Counted from the first letter of the stretch, positions 1 to 9,143 are shown. The stretch: DNA of 64,000 bases from Minisyncoccia bacterium (GCA_039809245.1 JBDHUP010000001.1:100137-164136); one strand, 5' to 3'. A program made the numbers and translations. The notes: a model not told the origin generated them from the sequence alone.

Positions 1-742
1 CCCATTCTATTTCTGTTGATTTTGATGGAGACATTCCAGCTTCAATAAGGGCTTGATCTTCCTGTCGCTTCTTAAAAAGCTTCCCTTTGAGCATTTCTAT
101 CGCTTTCTCACGGTTTTGCTCTTGTGAACGTTCGGTTGTAACGTGAACTGAGATGTTAGTAGGAATATGGACAATTCGCACTGCCGTCTCACGCTTGTTT
201 ACATTCTGTCCACCAGGACCACCTGACTTTGAAAACTCAATTTTCATATCTTCTGGGCGAATTTCAATAGCACTATCATCTGCCGTAAACTTCGGCACGA
301 CTTCCACAAGCGAGAATGAAGTATGGCGAAGTGACTTAGCATTAAATGGCGATATGCGCACAAGTCGATGGACTCCAGATTCATTCTTTAGAGTCCCATA
401 TGCATTTTTACCTACTACTTCAATAGAGACATTACGGTAACCACCAACTTCATTCTTGTTCTCATGGATAAGCCCTACCTCCCAACCCATCTTCTCGATA
501 TATTTAAGATACATTCGAAGAAGCATAGAAGAGAAATCTTCAGCATCATCCCCTCCTGCACCAGAAACAATGGAAAGGATTGCATTTCCTTTGTCGTATT
601 TTGCAGCACCTAGGAGTTCGTTTTTAAGTTCGGCTATTTTTTTGATTACACTTTGAGCTTTTGCCTTATCTTTCCAGAAATCCACACTGTTCATATCGGC
701 TTCTAGAATTTCTATCTCTTTTTGTATCGCATCTTTATCCAT
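1..742 (-). CDS. prfB: Peptide chain release factor 2 (3' end runs off window; shortened N-domain)
   Basis: Manual translation from ATG 742: MDKDAIQKEIE...GAGGDDAEDF...GVHRLVRISPFN...SGGPGGQNVNK; SPF and GGQ motifs. Not in ORF track because it has no stop in the window. Confidence 0.93.
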   Translation of the reverse strand, partial: MDKDAIQKEIEILEADMNSVDFWKDKAKAQSVIKKIAELKNELLGAAKYDKGNAILSIVSGAGGDDAEDFSSMLLRMYLKYIEKMGWEVGLIHENKNEVGGYRNVSIEVVGKNAYGTLKNESGVHRLVRISPFNAKSLRHTSFSLVEVVPKFTADDSAIEIRPEDMKIEFSKSGGPGGQNVNKRETAVRIVHIPTNISVHVTTERSQEQNREKAIEMLKGKLFKKRQEDQALIEAGMSPSKSTEIEW

Positions 743-763
743 CGAAACATTATAACAAAAATG

Positions 764-836
764 AGCCGAAGGACAGAATTGAACTGTCGACCTACCCCTT
801 ACGAAGGGGTTGCTCTACCAACTGAGCTACTTCGGC
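764..836 (-). tRNA. tRNA-Thr(CGT)
   Basis: Cloverleaf GCCGAAG/CTTCGGC, anticodon arm CCCCT-TCGTAA-GGGG, GTTCAA T-loop. Confidence 0.93.
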
Positions 837-857
837 AATATTTTACATATTACACTA

Positions 858-886
858 TTGCAATAGAAAATTGCATATGATACATT
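858..886 (+). promoter_or_regulatory. Sigma70-type promoter (extended -10) for uORF/proC
   Basis: TTGCAA 858-863, 17 nt spacer, TG-A-TACATT 881-886; ATG 6 nt downstream. Confidence 0.6.
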
Positions 887-892
887 TGAAAT

Positions 893-973
893 ATGAGTCG
901 CAAAATATATTTCAATACACCCTTTATCTGCCTCCCTTGGAATCCAAGTGAAGGGTTGTCTTTTGTAATGTAG
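893..973 (+). CDS. Putative leaderless leader peptide MSRKIYFNTPFICLPWNPSEGLSFVM (26 aa, 3 Pro)
   Basis: ATG at predicted TSS, TAG 971-973, followed by terminator hairpin and proC-like gene. Confidence 0.45.
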   Translation: MSRKIYFNTPFICLPWNPSEGLSFVM

Positions 974-999
974 CGAACTATCTCTCCGTTAAATTATAA

Positions 1000-1027
1000 A
1001 AAAGAGCCCTCCACTCGGGGCTCTTTT
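1000..1027 (+). terminator. Intrinsic terminator/attenuator upstream of proC-like gene
   Basis: AAAAGAGCCC...GGGCTCTTTT stem followed by T-rich tract. Confidence 0.65.
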
Positions 1028-1073
1028 AAATTTTTGTACATTCACAATTTCATAACACTTAAAACTTAAACCC

Positions 1074-2042
1074 ATGAGTAAGAAAATTGGCATTGTTGGC
1101 CCAAAAGGAAATGTTGGTAATGCATTTATTAATGCATTTACTAATTACAGTAATGAATTTGGTGCAGAGGATATCTATCCTATTACCAGAGATTACTTTG
1201 ATAGCGATATACGTTCCGGCTTAAGAGATATCAATCTCAAAGAAATGGATATGGTTATCTTAGCGGTAAAACCAAAAGACGCTATCCAAGCGCTGAGCCT
1301 TATGAGAGGTGAAATTTCTCCTTATACTTTAATAATTTCGCCGGTCTCTGGCTTAAGTATTAATGTAATTGGAGATATGCTTCGTATTAAACAAGACCGT
1401 ATTGTGAAAATTACACTCAATACAAATATTGAGTACAGTAATGGTATTGTTATTTACAACACAGCCTCAAAAAGTGTAGGGAGGCAGGTTGAAGAAATTT
1501 TTTCATCATTTTGTAAAGCAGTAATTGAAAAACCAGGAAGAAAAATAACTCCTGCCATTACAACAGTTGGATCAGGAAATGCATTCTTCGCTAAGCTGAT
1601 TTTATTACGTTATGAGCAATTCTCAGATATTCCTTTTGTGGAGTTTATTAAAGGGATATCTATGAATGACATTTTCATTGAAAAATATATAGATGCGGTA
1701 GAAAAAGCATCTAGAAAATTATTCAATGATGATTCACTCATAAGGATAGGCTCAGAAAGCACCTTGCATGCACTTAGAAAATCTTGCACAAGCAAAGATG
1801 ATGTAAAATTACACATCGAGAAAGTAGCTACTAAGGGCGGATGTACAAGAGTAGGTATTGATGACTTTGATACCTTGGAAAAAGTTACTGAGGAATTTTT
1901 CACTCCAACCTTTGCAAAAGTTCACAAAAAGGCAAAATCATTTCAAAGACTTATTAATGGTGATTTTAAGAAATGGAAAGAATTTAATTCCATTAAAAGA
2001 ATTACTAAATCACCTGATGGTTATTGCCAGCCACTGTGGTAA
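1074..2042 (+). CDS. proC: Divergent pyrroline-5-carboxylate reductase-like protein
   Basis: N-terminal Rossmann IGIVGPKGNVG, VILAVKP, GSGNAF and VATKGGCT (cf. ProC GSGPA and SPGGTT). Confidence 0.65.
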   Translation: MSKKIGIVGPKGNVGNAFINAFTNYSNEFGAEDIYPITRDYFDSDIRSGLRDINLKEMDMVILAVKPKDAIQALSLMRGEISPYTLIISPVSGLSINVIGDMLRIKQDRIVKITLNTNIEYSNGIVIYNTASKSVGRQVEEIFSSFCKAVIEKPGRKITPAITTVGSGNAFFAKLILLRYEQFSDIPFVEFIKGISMNDIFIEKYIDAVEKASRKLFNDDSLIRIGSESTLHALRKSCTSKDDVKLHIEKVATKGGCTRVGIDDFDTLEKVTEEFFTPTFAKVHKKAKSFQRLINGDFKKWKEFNSIKRITKSPDGYCQPLW

Positions 2043-2060
2043 AGTTCAAAAAACAAGATT

Positions 2061-2090
2061 AATTCCCTTCTCTCTAGAGGGGAATTTTTT
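2061..2090 (+). terminator. Intrinsic terminator
   Basis: AATTCCCTTC...GAGGGGAATT followed by T tract. Confidence 0.6.
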
Positions 2091-2094
2091 ATTG

Positions 2095-2166
2095 AGCCGT
2101 CGGTGAGAATCGGACTCACGGTCTCTGTCTTACCAAGACAGTGCTTTACCACTAAGCTACGACGGC
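2095..2166 (-). tRNA. tRNA-Thr(GGT)
   Basis: GCCGTCG/CGACGGC acceptor; CTGTC-TTGGTAA-GACAG anticodon arm; T-loop TCCGATT (C at position 55). Confidence 0.9.
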
Positions 2167-2261
2167 AAACTAATAGCGCTCATAGTACTATAATTGTGAC
2201 TTATTTTCAAACAAAAAAAGATCCTTCCTAAGAAAAATCTTTTTATTCTATTCTTTATTGT

Positions 2262-2483
2262 TTACTCCCATAACCATATTATGTCATGAAAAGGATCCGC
2301 CTTTTCTATTTTCATATGATATGTAATCCCATTAGCAATCAGAATTTCATCTTTAGGATTTAATCTGATTTCCATTAAAAGAGAGTAATCAAAGAAATGG
2401 ACTGTTTCAATTATTTTAGTTTCCCCAAATTCTTTCCATGCTTCTGCGTGTTGGGTCAATAAAACTGATACATATATATGCAT
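2262..2483 (-). CDS. Hypothetical protein (73 aa)
   Basis: ORF with protein-like composition and A-rich leader; no recognised motif. Confidence 0.5.
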   Translation of the reverse strand: MHIYVSVLLTQHAEAWKEFGETKIIETVHFFDYSLLMEIRLNPKDEILIANGITYHMKIEKADPFHDIIWLWE

Positions 2484-2661
2484 AATAAATTTTTAGAAAT
2501 GAACAATGTTTTAAATATAACTGTAATATTAAACTATCTTGTATTTTTGTCAAAAAGATTTTAAATATAGTAATTGCAAAATTCCTAATTTTAAGTATAA
2601 TAACGAATAGGCTCTTAGGAGCGTTTTATTATAGTAAAATAACGCTATAATATGGTAATAT

Positions 2662-2732
2662 AGCGGGGTAGAGAAATGGTATCTCGCAAGGCTCATAACC
2701 TTGAGGCCCTAGTTCGATTCTAGGCCCCGCAA
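2662..2732 (+). tRNA. Initiator tRNA-fMet(CAT)
   Basis: xGCGGGG/CCCCGCA acceptor with 1:72 mismatch; CAAGG-CTCATAA-CCTTG anticodon arm. Confidence 0.88.
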
Positions 2733-2789
2733 CAAGCTAGGCATAGTGGCAGTGCCATAAATAACTAAGCCTTGGTGATTATGTTTTAT

Positions 2790-2866
2790 GTCGGCGTAGC
2801 TCAGCTGGTTAGAGCGTGGGACTCATAAGCCCAAGGTCGGTGGTTCGATCCCACCCGTCGACACCA
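2790..2866 (+). tRNA. tRNA-Met(CAT), probably elongator
   Basis: GTCGGCG/CGTCGAC acceptor, CTCATAA loop, encoded CCA. Ile2 is not excluded, but a tRNA-Ile(TAT) exists at 36507. Confidence 0.85.
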
Positions 2867-2892
2867 GTCGGAGATAAACCGACAAGTTTAAA

Positions 2893-2950
2893 AAATGCAG
2901 TCGTAGCTCAACTCAATTAGAATACAGCGAGCACCCGCCTAGGCGGTCGC
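2893..2950 (+). repeat. Partial duplicate of tRNA-Asp 5' half
   Basis: AAATGCAGTCGTAGCTCAACT (2893-2913 = 2984-3004) and GAGCACCCGCCT (2929-2940 = 3010-3021). Confidence 0.8.
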
Positions 2951-2987
2951 TTAAAAAATTGATAAAGTTATAGTGCAATATAGAAAT

Positions 2988-3061
2988 GCAGTCGTAGCTC
3001 AACTGGTTAGAGCACCCGCCTGTCACGCGGGAGGTTGAGGGTTCAAGTCCCTTCGACTGCG
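2988..3061 (+). tRNA. tRNA-Asp(GTC)
   Basis: GCAGTCG/CGACTGC acceptor, CCCGC-CTGTCAC-GCGGG. Confidence 0.94.
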
Positions 3062-3063
3062 CA

Positions 3064-3099
3064 ATAACAAAACACCGCACTAGTGCGGTGTTTTGTTAT
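3064..3099. terminator. Bidirectional terminator (perfect palindrome)
   Basis: ATAACAAAACACCGCACTAGTGCGGTGTTTTGTTAT between convergent genes. Confidence 0.8.
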
Positions 3100-3710
3100 A
3101 TCACCCCAGCTTCTTCAAAAAAGTTCTGGAACATCTTAATAACTCGACGTCCTTCAACTTGCGACAATGGGAAATCTGAGCCTTTATGAGCGATCTGGTT
3201 TCTTACAATATGAGCATCCCAAGCACTTTGAATAGTTTGGTAACCACTAGATCTAGCTCCCTCAAGTAGCTCATTAACAGTATCACCTGAAAATCCTTTT
3301 TCTCTTAGAACCTCCTCTAACATTGAATCAGCCTCAATCACTGCCACTCGCCAATCAGAATCATTAGAACTTTCAATTAAGGTAAGTATATAATGCCAAC
3401 GTGGATTTTCAGCTATTTCTTTTTCTCTGTCGTGCATTAGAGCTTCATGTATCTCATGGTCTATTTCTCTCTTTTCTTCTAACTGGATCTCTCTCATACG
3501 AACCAAAGAATATATTATGATTGCTATAGCGAGCAAAGATATTAATGAAGAAATAACTCCAAGCACAGTCCATGTATGCGGATTAGCAAAGAAAGCTATT
3601 ATCGGTTTGAGAAAAGCCAATATCTTATTGAAAACATATTCGATGTTCAAATATGTAGGGTCAAAAAGTGGTTGGTTTATTATAGGCTCAACTATGCCTT
3701 GCTGTTCCAT
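3096..3710 (-). CDS. Conserved CPR-type membrane protein (one TM helix, C-terminal helical domain)
   Basis: ORF with TM segment and W..A..EAD..L / A..AH.VRN.IAH pattern; TATAAT just upstream. Confidence 0.7.
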   Translation of the reverse strand: MEQQGIVEPIINQPLFDPTYLNIEYVFNKILAFLKPIIAFFANPHTWTVLGVISSLISLLAIAIIIYSLVRMREIQLEEKREIDHEIHEALMHDREKEIAENPRWHYILTLIESSNDSDWRVAVIEADSMLEEVLREKGFSGDTVNELLEGARSSGYQTIQSAWDAHIVRNQIAHKGSDFPLSQVEGRRVIKMFQNFFEEAGVI

Positions 3711-3724
3711 ATGCAAGTATTATA

Positions 3725-5146
3725 CTAGTTTTTTATTGTATTCTCAAAGGTTTTACCAACACTAAAGAGTATATCCTCTCGGAAACGTGGAGCGGTGATA
3801 TGGAATCCGAGTGGTAAACCATTTGAAGTTAATCCTGAAGGAATTGATATAGCAGGAAGTCCAGCAATACTTGCGGGCACTGTAAATAAATCAGACATAT
3901 ACATCGCGATAGGATCATTTGATTTCTCGCCAAATTTAAATGGTGGAAATGGTACGGTCGGAGTAATGATAGCGTCCACATCTTCAAAAACATTTGCAAG
4001 TTCAGCCTTTATGGATTCACGTACGTTAACGGCTTTGTTATAGTAAGCATCGTAGTATCCATGAGATAGAATATAAGTCCCTAAAAGAATTCGGCGTTTA
4101 ACCTCTTTACCGAACCCCTCTCCCCTAGTTTTAGCATAAACATCAAAAAGTTTATCAGCTTCTACTGAGAGTCCATACCTTATACCATCATAACGAGCAA
4201 GGTTACTTGAAACTTCAGCCGGCATAACAATGTAATACACCGCAAGGGAGTATTTAATAAGAGGGAGTGAGACATCTACAAGCTCATAACCTTCACTCTT
4301 TAGCTTCTCACAACTCTCTTCAAAATTTTTTAGAACTTCTTTATCTATACCATCACCAGAAAGAAAAGCTCGCGGAACTCCCAACTTCTTTTTCAAAGGG
4401 AGCGGTTTGGTTCGAAGTTCTTTAGGGATAGAAGTACTATCTTTATCATCATAGCCACTTACTGCATCATAAAGTATTTCAACATCGCGGACAGTCTTAC
4501 CAATAGGACCAACCTGATCAAGAGAACTTGCCATAGATATAATTCCAGATCGAGAGATATTGCCATATGTTGGCTTCATCCCTACTACTCCGCAAAATGA
4601 GGCTGGTTGTCTAACAGAACCACCAGTATCACTACCTAGTGACACAAGAGCTCCATCCATAGCCACCACGGCGACTGACCCTCCAGATGTACCACCAGGA
4701 ACATATTCACGATTCACTGGGTTACGAGTAATACCAAAAGCACTAGTCTCAGTTGAGCTTCCCATAGCGAATTCATCCATATTGGCACGACCCATGATAA
4801 CTGCACCCTCTTCTTTTAATTGCTTTACTACTCCGCAATCATAAGTCGCTTTATAATTCTCTAGTATCTTTGACCCGGCTGATGAAATCTGTCCTTCAAC
4901 TAACATATTATCTTTAAGAGCAACGGGTATACCTGTCATTAATACTGCCTTTCCATCTTTAAACATTTGCTCTGCTCTCTTTGCCTGATCTAGAATATCA
5001 TTAAAAACTTCTAGGTATCCATTGATATCTTCATTTTTCTCTTTTATAACTTCAAGATAAGCATTTACTAAGTCTGTTACAGTAAAATCGCCTTTCTTTA
5101 GGCTCTCGTGAGCTTTTTCAATTGTAAGGTTTTTGAGATCTATCAT
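3725..5146 (-). CDS. gatA: Glu/Asp-tRNA amidotransferase subunit A
   Basis: Amidase signature PGGTSGGS, GSDTGGSVRQPA, RYDGIRYG. Confidence 0.97.
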   Translation of the reverse strand: MIDLKNLTIEKAHESLKKGDFTVTDLVNAYLEVIKEKNEDINGYLEVFNDILDQAKRAEQMFKDGKAVLMTGIPVALKDNMLVEGQISSAGSKILENYKATYDCGVVKQLKEEGAVIMGRANMDEFAMGSSTETSAFGITRNPVNREYVPGGTSGGSVAVVAMDGALVSLGSDTGGSVRQPASFCGVVGMKPTYGNISRSGIISMASSLDQVGPIGKTVRDVEILYDAVSGYDDKDSTSIPKELRTKPLPLKKKLGVPRAFLSGDGIDKEVLKNFEESCEKLKSEGYELVDVSLPLIKYSLAVYYIVMPAEVSSNLARYDGIRYGLSVEADKLFDVYAKTRGEGFGKEVKRRILLGTYILSHGYYDAYYNKAVNVRESIKAELANVFEDVDAIITPTVPFPPFKFGEKSNDPIAMYMSDLFTVPASIAGLPAISIPSGLTSNGLPLGFHITAPRFREDILFSVGKTFENTIKN

Positions 5147-5418
5147 AGTATTTGTTTAACTTTCAAAAAGCCGTCCTGTGAGTCTGGCATTTGTTCTATT
5201 ATCTTGTCGCTGCATTCACCAGACTTATTAGTCACTACATCTTCACGCATAACATTCTCTAATACATAGACTGGAGTTGTGTCAGACTGTTTTACCTCCT
5301 GGACTTGGCCAACATACGCTAAAATAGGGTCAAATTCATTGGCCATATTCTCAAGCTCCTCTTCACTCATATCGAGCCTGGCCATAGTAGCCAGCTTTTT
5401 AATATCGTCTAATTGCAT
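5143..5418 (-). CDS. gatC: Glu/Asp-tRNA amidotransferase subunit C
   Basis: IKKLATMARL, MREDV, GFLKV; overlaps gatA start. Confidence 0.92.
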   Translation of the reverse strand: MQLDDIKKLATMARLDMSEEELENMANEFDPILAYVGQVQEVKQSDTTPVYVLENVMREDVVTNKSGECSDKIIEQMPDSQDGFLKVKQIL

Positions 5419-5436
5419 TTCCTCAGAATAGCATAT

Positions 5437-7437
5437 TTAAAGAATCTTTAAAAACTCTTTTTCATTTAGAATTTTTACTCCTAATTTCTGGGCATCATTA
5501 TATTTACTACCTGGTTCATCCCCTGCTACCACATAATTTGTAGCTTTAGAAACCGAACTTGATACTTTGCCACCTTGCGATGTGATTTTTGCTTTAGCTT
5601 CATTGCGCCCCATAGATGATAGAGTCCCAGTAAGAACAAAAGTCTGCCCCGTGAGCTTACCACCTTTTGTAACTTTTGCTTTTTCTACAATAACTCCATT
5701 CTCTAAAAGTTTTTTAATAAAATTAATATTTTCTTTCTGTCTAAAGAAATCATTTACACTCTTGGAAACCACAGGCCCAATATTTTCAATACTATTAATA
5801 TCATCAATGCTTGCTTTTGAGATTTTATCTAAAGTTCCAAAATGGTTGGCGATATCTTGAGCTGTTTGCTCCCCTACATGAAGTATTCCAAGGGCATATA
5901 TAAATCGCCAAAGTGGAACTTTCTTATGAGATTCAATTGAAGAAATAATATTCTCAGCAGACTTTTCTCCGAAACGCTCGAGTCCGGATAAATCGGCAGT
6001 CTCTAGAGTGAATAGATCAGCAGTGTCACTTATAAGACCTTCATCTTTTAGGCGATCGAGAATTTTAGGACCAATAGTATATATTTCAAAAATATTTACA
6101 AAGTGCTGCATCCCCCTTCTGTTCTTCGCTGGACAATTCCTATTTGTGCAATAATATGCGACACTTGTTTTCTCTGATTCTCTTTTTTCAACTAGAGAAT
6201 TACACACAGGGCATTTCTCTGGCATTTTAAATTTTTTCTCTTTACCTGTACGCATTTTTACTAAAGTTTCTACAACTTCAGGAATAACATCCCCAGCTTT
6301 TTGAATAACAACTGTATCACCGATACGAATATCGAGCCGATTAATCTGATCCATATTATGGAGTGTAGCTTTAGATATTGTAGATCCTGCAACAAATGTA
6401 GGTTTAAAATGAGCAAGAGGTGTAAGTACTCCTGTTCGCCCAACATTTACAGTTATATCGGTCACAGTGGTTGTAGCGCGTTCTGCTGGATACTTGAAAG
6501 CTACCATATAACGCGGAGCCTTACCGACAACTCCAATAATATCCTGGAGTTCTAATTCATCAACAGATACGACAATACCATCAGTACCATATGGTAATTT
6601 ATCTCGGATTAAACCGACCTCATCTATAAATGAAAATATACCTTCTAGATTCTTAGATTTCTTTTCATAAGGAGCAACTTGAAACCCTAATTCTCTTAAA
6701 TACTTGTGCTCTTCTGAATGTGTTTCAATTTTTAACTTCTCTTTATCAGATTGTAGTTGTTTTATATCCCAAGCAAAGAAATCTAAACCTCTTTCTAAAA
6801 CAATTTTGGGGTCAAGCTGGCGTAGCGACCCTGCGGCTGCATTTCGAGTGTTAGCAAAAGGTATTTTACCCTCACGTTCTTGGATTTTGTTTAATTTACG
6901 CCAAGCTCTTTTGGGCATCACAACCTCACCACGAACTTCTACATACTCGGGAGAGAATTTAAGTTTAAGTGGTATTGTATTTATCATTTTCAAATTCTCA
7001 GTTATATCTTCTCCTATAAATCCATCACCACGAGTTCCACCTTGGGCAAAAGTACCATTTTTATAAATAAGAGATACTGCAAGTCCATCAAGTTTTAATT
7101 CGCAAAAATATGTATGTGGTTTGTCTATTAACTTCTCTACTCTCTTCTCCCAATCTTTTACTTCATCTTTATTAAATGCATCGTTAAGAGATAGCATTCT
7201 TTTCTCATGTTTTAGTTTCTTGAATTTATCAAGAGGCTTCCCTGCCACACGATTAACGGCGCTGTTTATATCAGCATATTTTGGATATTCCTTCTCTAGT
7301 TGAGATAGTTCCCTTGTTAGAGATTCATATATATCATCTGTAGTTTTTGGGTCATTCTCCACATGATATTTAAAACGCAATCTAGAAATCTCTTCCCGAA
7401 GTTTTTGTATTCGGTTTTTAGCTTCGATATCTTTCAT
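5437..7437 (-). CDS. ligA: NAD-dependent DNA ligase
   Basis: ELKLDG, TRGDG, RNAAAGSLRQLD, Zn finger, C-terminal BRCT. Confidence 0.98.
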   Translation of the reverse strand: MKDIEAKNRIQKLREEISRLRFKYHVENDPKTTDDIYESLTRELSQLEKEYPKYADINSAVNRVAGKPLDKFKKLKHEKRMLSLNDAFNKDEVKDWEKRVEKLIDKPHTYFCELKLDGLAVSLIYKNGTFAQGGTRGDGFIGEDITENLKMINTIPLKLKFSPEYVEVRGEVVMPKRAWRKLNKIQEREGKIPFANTRNAAAGSLRQLDPKIVLERGLDFFAWDIKQLQSDKEKLKIETHSEEHKYLRELGFQVAPYEKKSKNLEGIFSFIDEVGLIRDKLPYGTDGIVVSVDELELQDIIGVVGKAPRYMVAFKYPAERATTTVTDITVNVGRTGVLTPLAHFKPTFVAGSTISKATLHNMDQINRLDIRIGDTVVIQKAGDVIPEVVETLVKMRTGKEKKFKMPEKCPVCNSLVEKRESEKTSVAYYCTNRNCPAKNRRGMQHFVNIFEIYTIGPKILDRLKDEGLISDTADLFTLETADLSGLERFGEKSAENIISSIESHKKVPLWRFIYALGILHVGEQTAQDIANHFGTLDKISKASIDDINSIENIGPVVSKSVNDFFRQKENINFIKKLLENGVIVEKAKVTKGGKLTGQTFVLTGTLSSMGRNEAKAKITSQGGKVSSSVSKATNYVVAGDEPGSKYNDAQKLGVKILNEKEFLKIL

Positions 7438-7445
7438 AAATTTTA

Positions 7446-7925
7446 CTAATAGGTAACTTTAATCTCACGTTCAACAGTCTTAGGATTTAGTTTGTTGCAA
7501 CTATTATAACCTCGAGCAAATATATTAGTTTTTATTAAACCAGTTCCATCATCGGCTTTAACAACTTCGAAATCAAAACATGGTATGGATTGACCAGACA
7601 AACTAGAGAATGTAGTGTAATTATCTCCAGTTCCTGATATCGAAAATGACATATCATTACCATTTAAATCTTTTCCACAGCTCCAGCTTGGAGGAAGACT
7701 TGAAGACATATCTAAAACATTATCTGCATAGAGTGCACACTCTGTCGCTGTATCAGATTGGAAAAAAGATAATTGTGAATCATTAGCTAAAGATGACAGA
7801 ACCAACTGCTTATAAGTTGAGTTAGATAAACCTAAAGCTATCATAGATATGATACTAACAACTACTACTGCAAATAGTACAGCATATCCTTTATTATTAA
7901 ATTTTAGTGTTTTAATAATTTTCAT
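7446..7925 (-). CDS. PilX-like minor pilin
   Basis: KGYAVLFAVVV class III-like N-terminus lacking E5; last gene of minor pilin cluster. Confidence 0.7.
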   Translation of the reverse strand: MKIIKTLKFNNKGYAVLFAVVVVSIISMIALGLSNSTYKQLVLSSLANDSQLSFFQSDTATECALYADNVLDMSSSLPPSWSCGKDLNGNDMSFSISGTGDNYTTFSSLSGQSIPCFDFEVVKADDGTGLIKTNIFARGYNSCNKLNPKTVEREIKVTY

Positions 7926-7930
7926 AATTT

Positions 7931-8536
7931 TTATTGTTGCCAATTCAATAGACTAACTCTAGATGATCTAGATTTCACAAGGTTACCATTACGCCATTCC
8001 ACTACAACCTTTATATCTAGCTCGTTTGAGTTATTAATAAGTGGGTTTATCGACATACTTACCATTCGTTTAAAACTACTAGGTTTACCAGCTTTGTATG
8101 TATAAAAATCTTTATTAGCAGCAGTTTCATCATAATTAAACAATTTACAATCTATAGTACCGAAATTATTTGTATGCGGTGTATTACAAACATTTATATT
8201 ATCAGAAGAAGTATTAGCCGGCTCTATTTCACATCCAGCAGCTGAGAAGCATGAACTAGAGGTAGAGTAACCGTACTTATTTAAGAAATTAAACCATCCT
8301 CCGTCTATATCTGCACTTTTTTGAAATGCATAAGTATCACGATCATTTCTTATATAATCTATAGCTTCTTGAATTAAATAGTTTGCGGTTATGTCATTTT
8401 TTGAATATCGAGCTGAAAACAAACTGCTAGATATAAGGCCGAGTAAACCATTCATAGCCACAGCAAGGATAAAAACTGCTATCATCGTCTCTATAAGAGT
8501 AAAACCTTTATTGTGTTTTTTATTAAAAATTTTCAT
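7931..8536 (-). CDS. Minor pilin (PilV-like)
   Basis: KGFTLIETMIA prepilin motif. Confidence 0.85.
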   Translation of the reverse strand: MKIFNKKHNKGFTLIETMIAVFILAVAMNGLLGLISSSLFSARYSKNDITANYLIQEAIDYIRNDRDTYAFQKSADIDGGWFNFLNKYGYSTSSSCFSAAGCEIEPANTSSDNINVCNTPHTNNFGTIDCKLFNYDETAANKDFYTYKAGKPSSFKRMVSMSINPLINNSNELDIKVVVEWRNGNLVKSRSSRVSLLNWQQ

Positions 8537-8537
8537 A

Positions 8538-9143
8538 TTATTCAGTTGATCTTTGAGATGTCATTGTTTGAATAGCAAAAGCATTAGCCTCACCTTTAAT
8601 AGTTATCACCCCTTTCATAATTATATATACACTCGGCTGTATTTTATCTGTAGGACTAGATCCATTAACAAAGAAGTTAAGCGTCTGGACATCTACATTC
8701 TGTGCTACTAGATCAACACAAGCTGGACTACAACTTTGCAAACTAAACGTCCCATTAGTATCATAACCACCTGTTAAACGAGGAGTTATCTTATAAGCAG
8801 TGTCTCTAGGAGTTGGATGAAGTGGTGGTGTAAATAACAGAGCACCTCCCCCACTACCAGAGAGTGAACAATCTCTATTTGTAGTTGCTCCGAATGGAAT
8901 TATCCCTCCAGCATCTACACAATAATAATCTGTCCCCATTCTTATAGATCTAGTCATACTCTCCATAGCGAAATTTACGTTGTCCATAGCTATTCTTAAT
9001 GCTTGAGCTTTTTTAGCTGTATCAGAACTTGATATAAGAGCACCCATAGCTATTAACATTATAATCATGAAAATAGAAGTAGCCACCATTATCTCTACAA
9101 GAGTAAAACCTTTCATTCTAATTTTTTGATATTTTTGGTTCAT
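8538..9143 (-). CDS. Minor pilin (PilW-like)
   Basis: KGFTLVEIMVA prepilin motif. Confidence 0.85.
   Translation of the reverse strand: MNQKYQKIRMKGFTLVEIMVATSIFMIIMLIAMGALISSSDTAKKAQALRIAMDNVNFAMESMTRSIRMGTDYYCVDAGGIIPFGATTNRDCSLSGSGGGALLFTPPLHPTPRDTAYKITPRLTGGYDTNGTFSLQSCSPACVDLVAQNVDVQTLNFFVNGSSPTDKIQPSVYIIMKGVITIKGEANAFAIQTMTSQRSTE

Noticed and set aside
153-656. Plus-strand ORFs 153-440 and 456-656, and similar antisense ORFs (e.g. 37392-38051, 39457-39921, 56135-56653, 57738-58220)
   Set aside because: Shadows of prfB, ftsH, smpB/ssrA and ribosomal genes on the opposite strand.
893-1030. T-box riboswitch upstream of proC
   Set aside because: Too short and lacks the GGTGGnACCGCG T-box motif.
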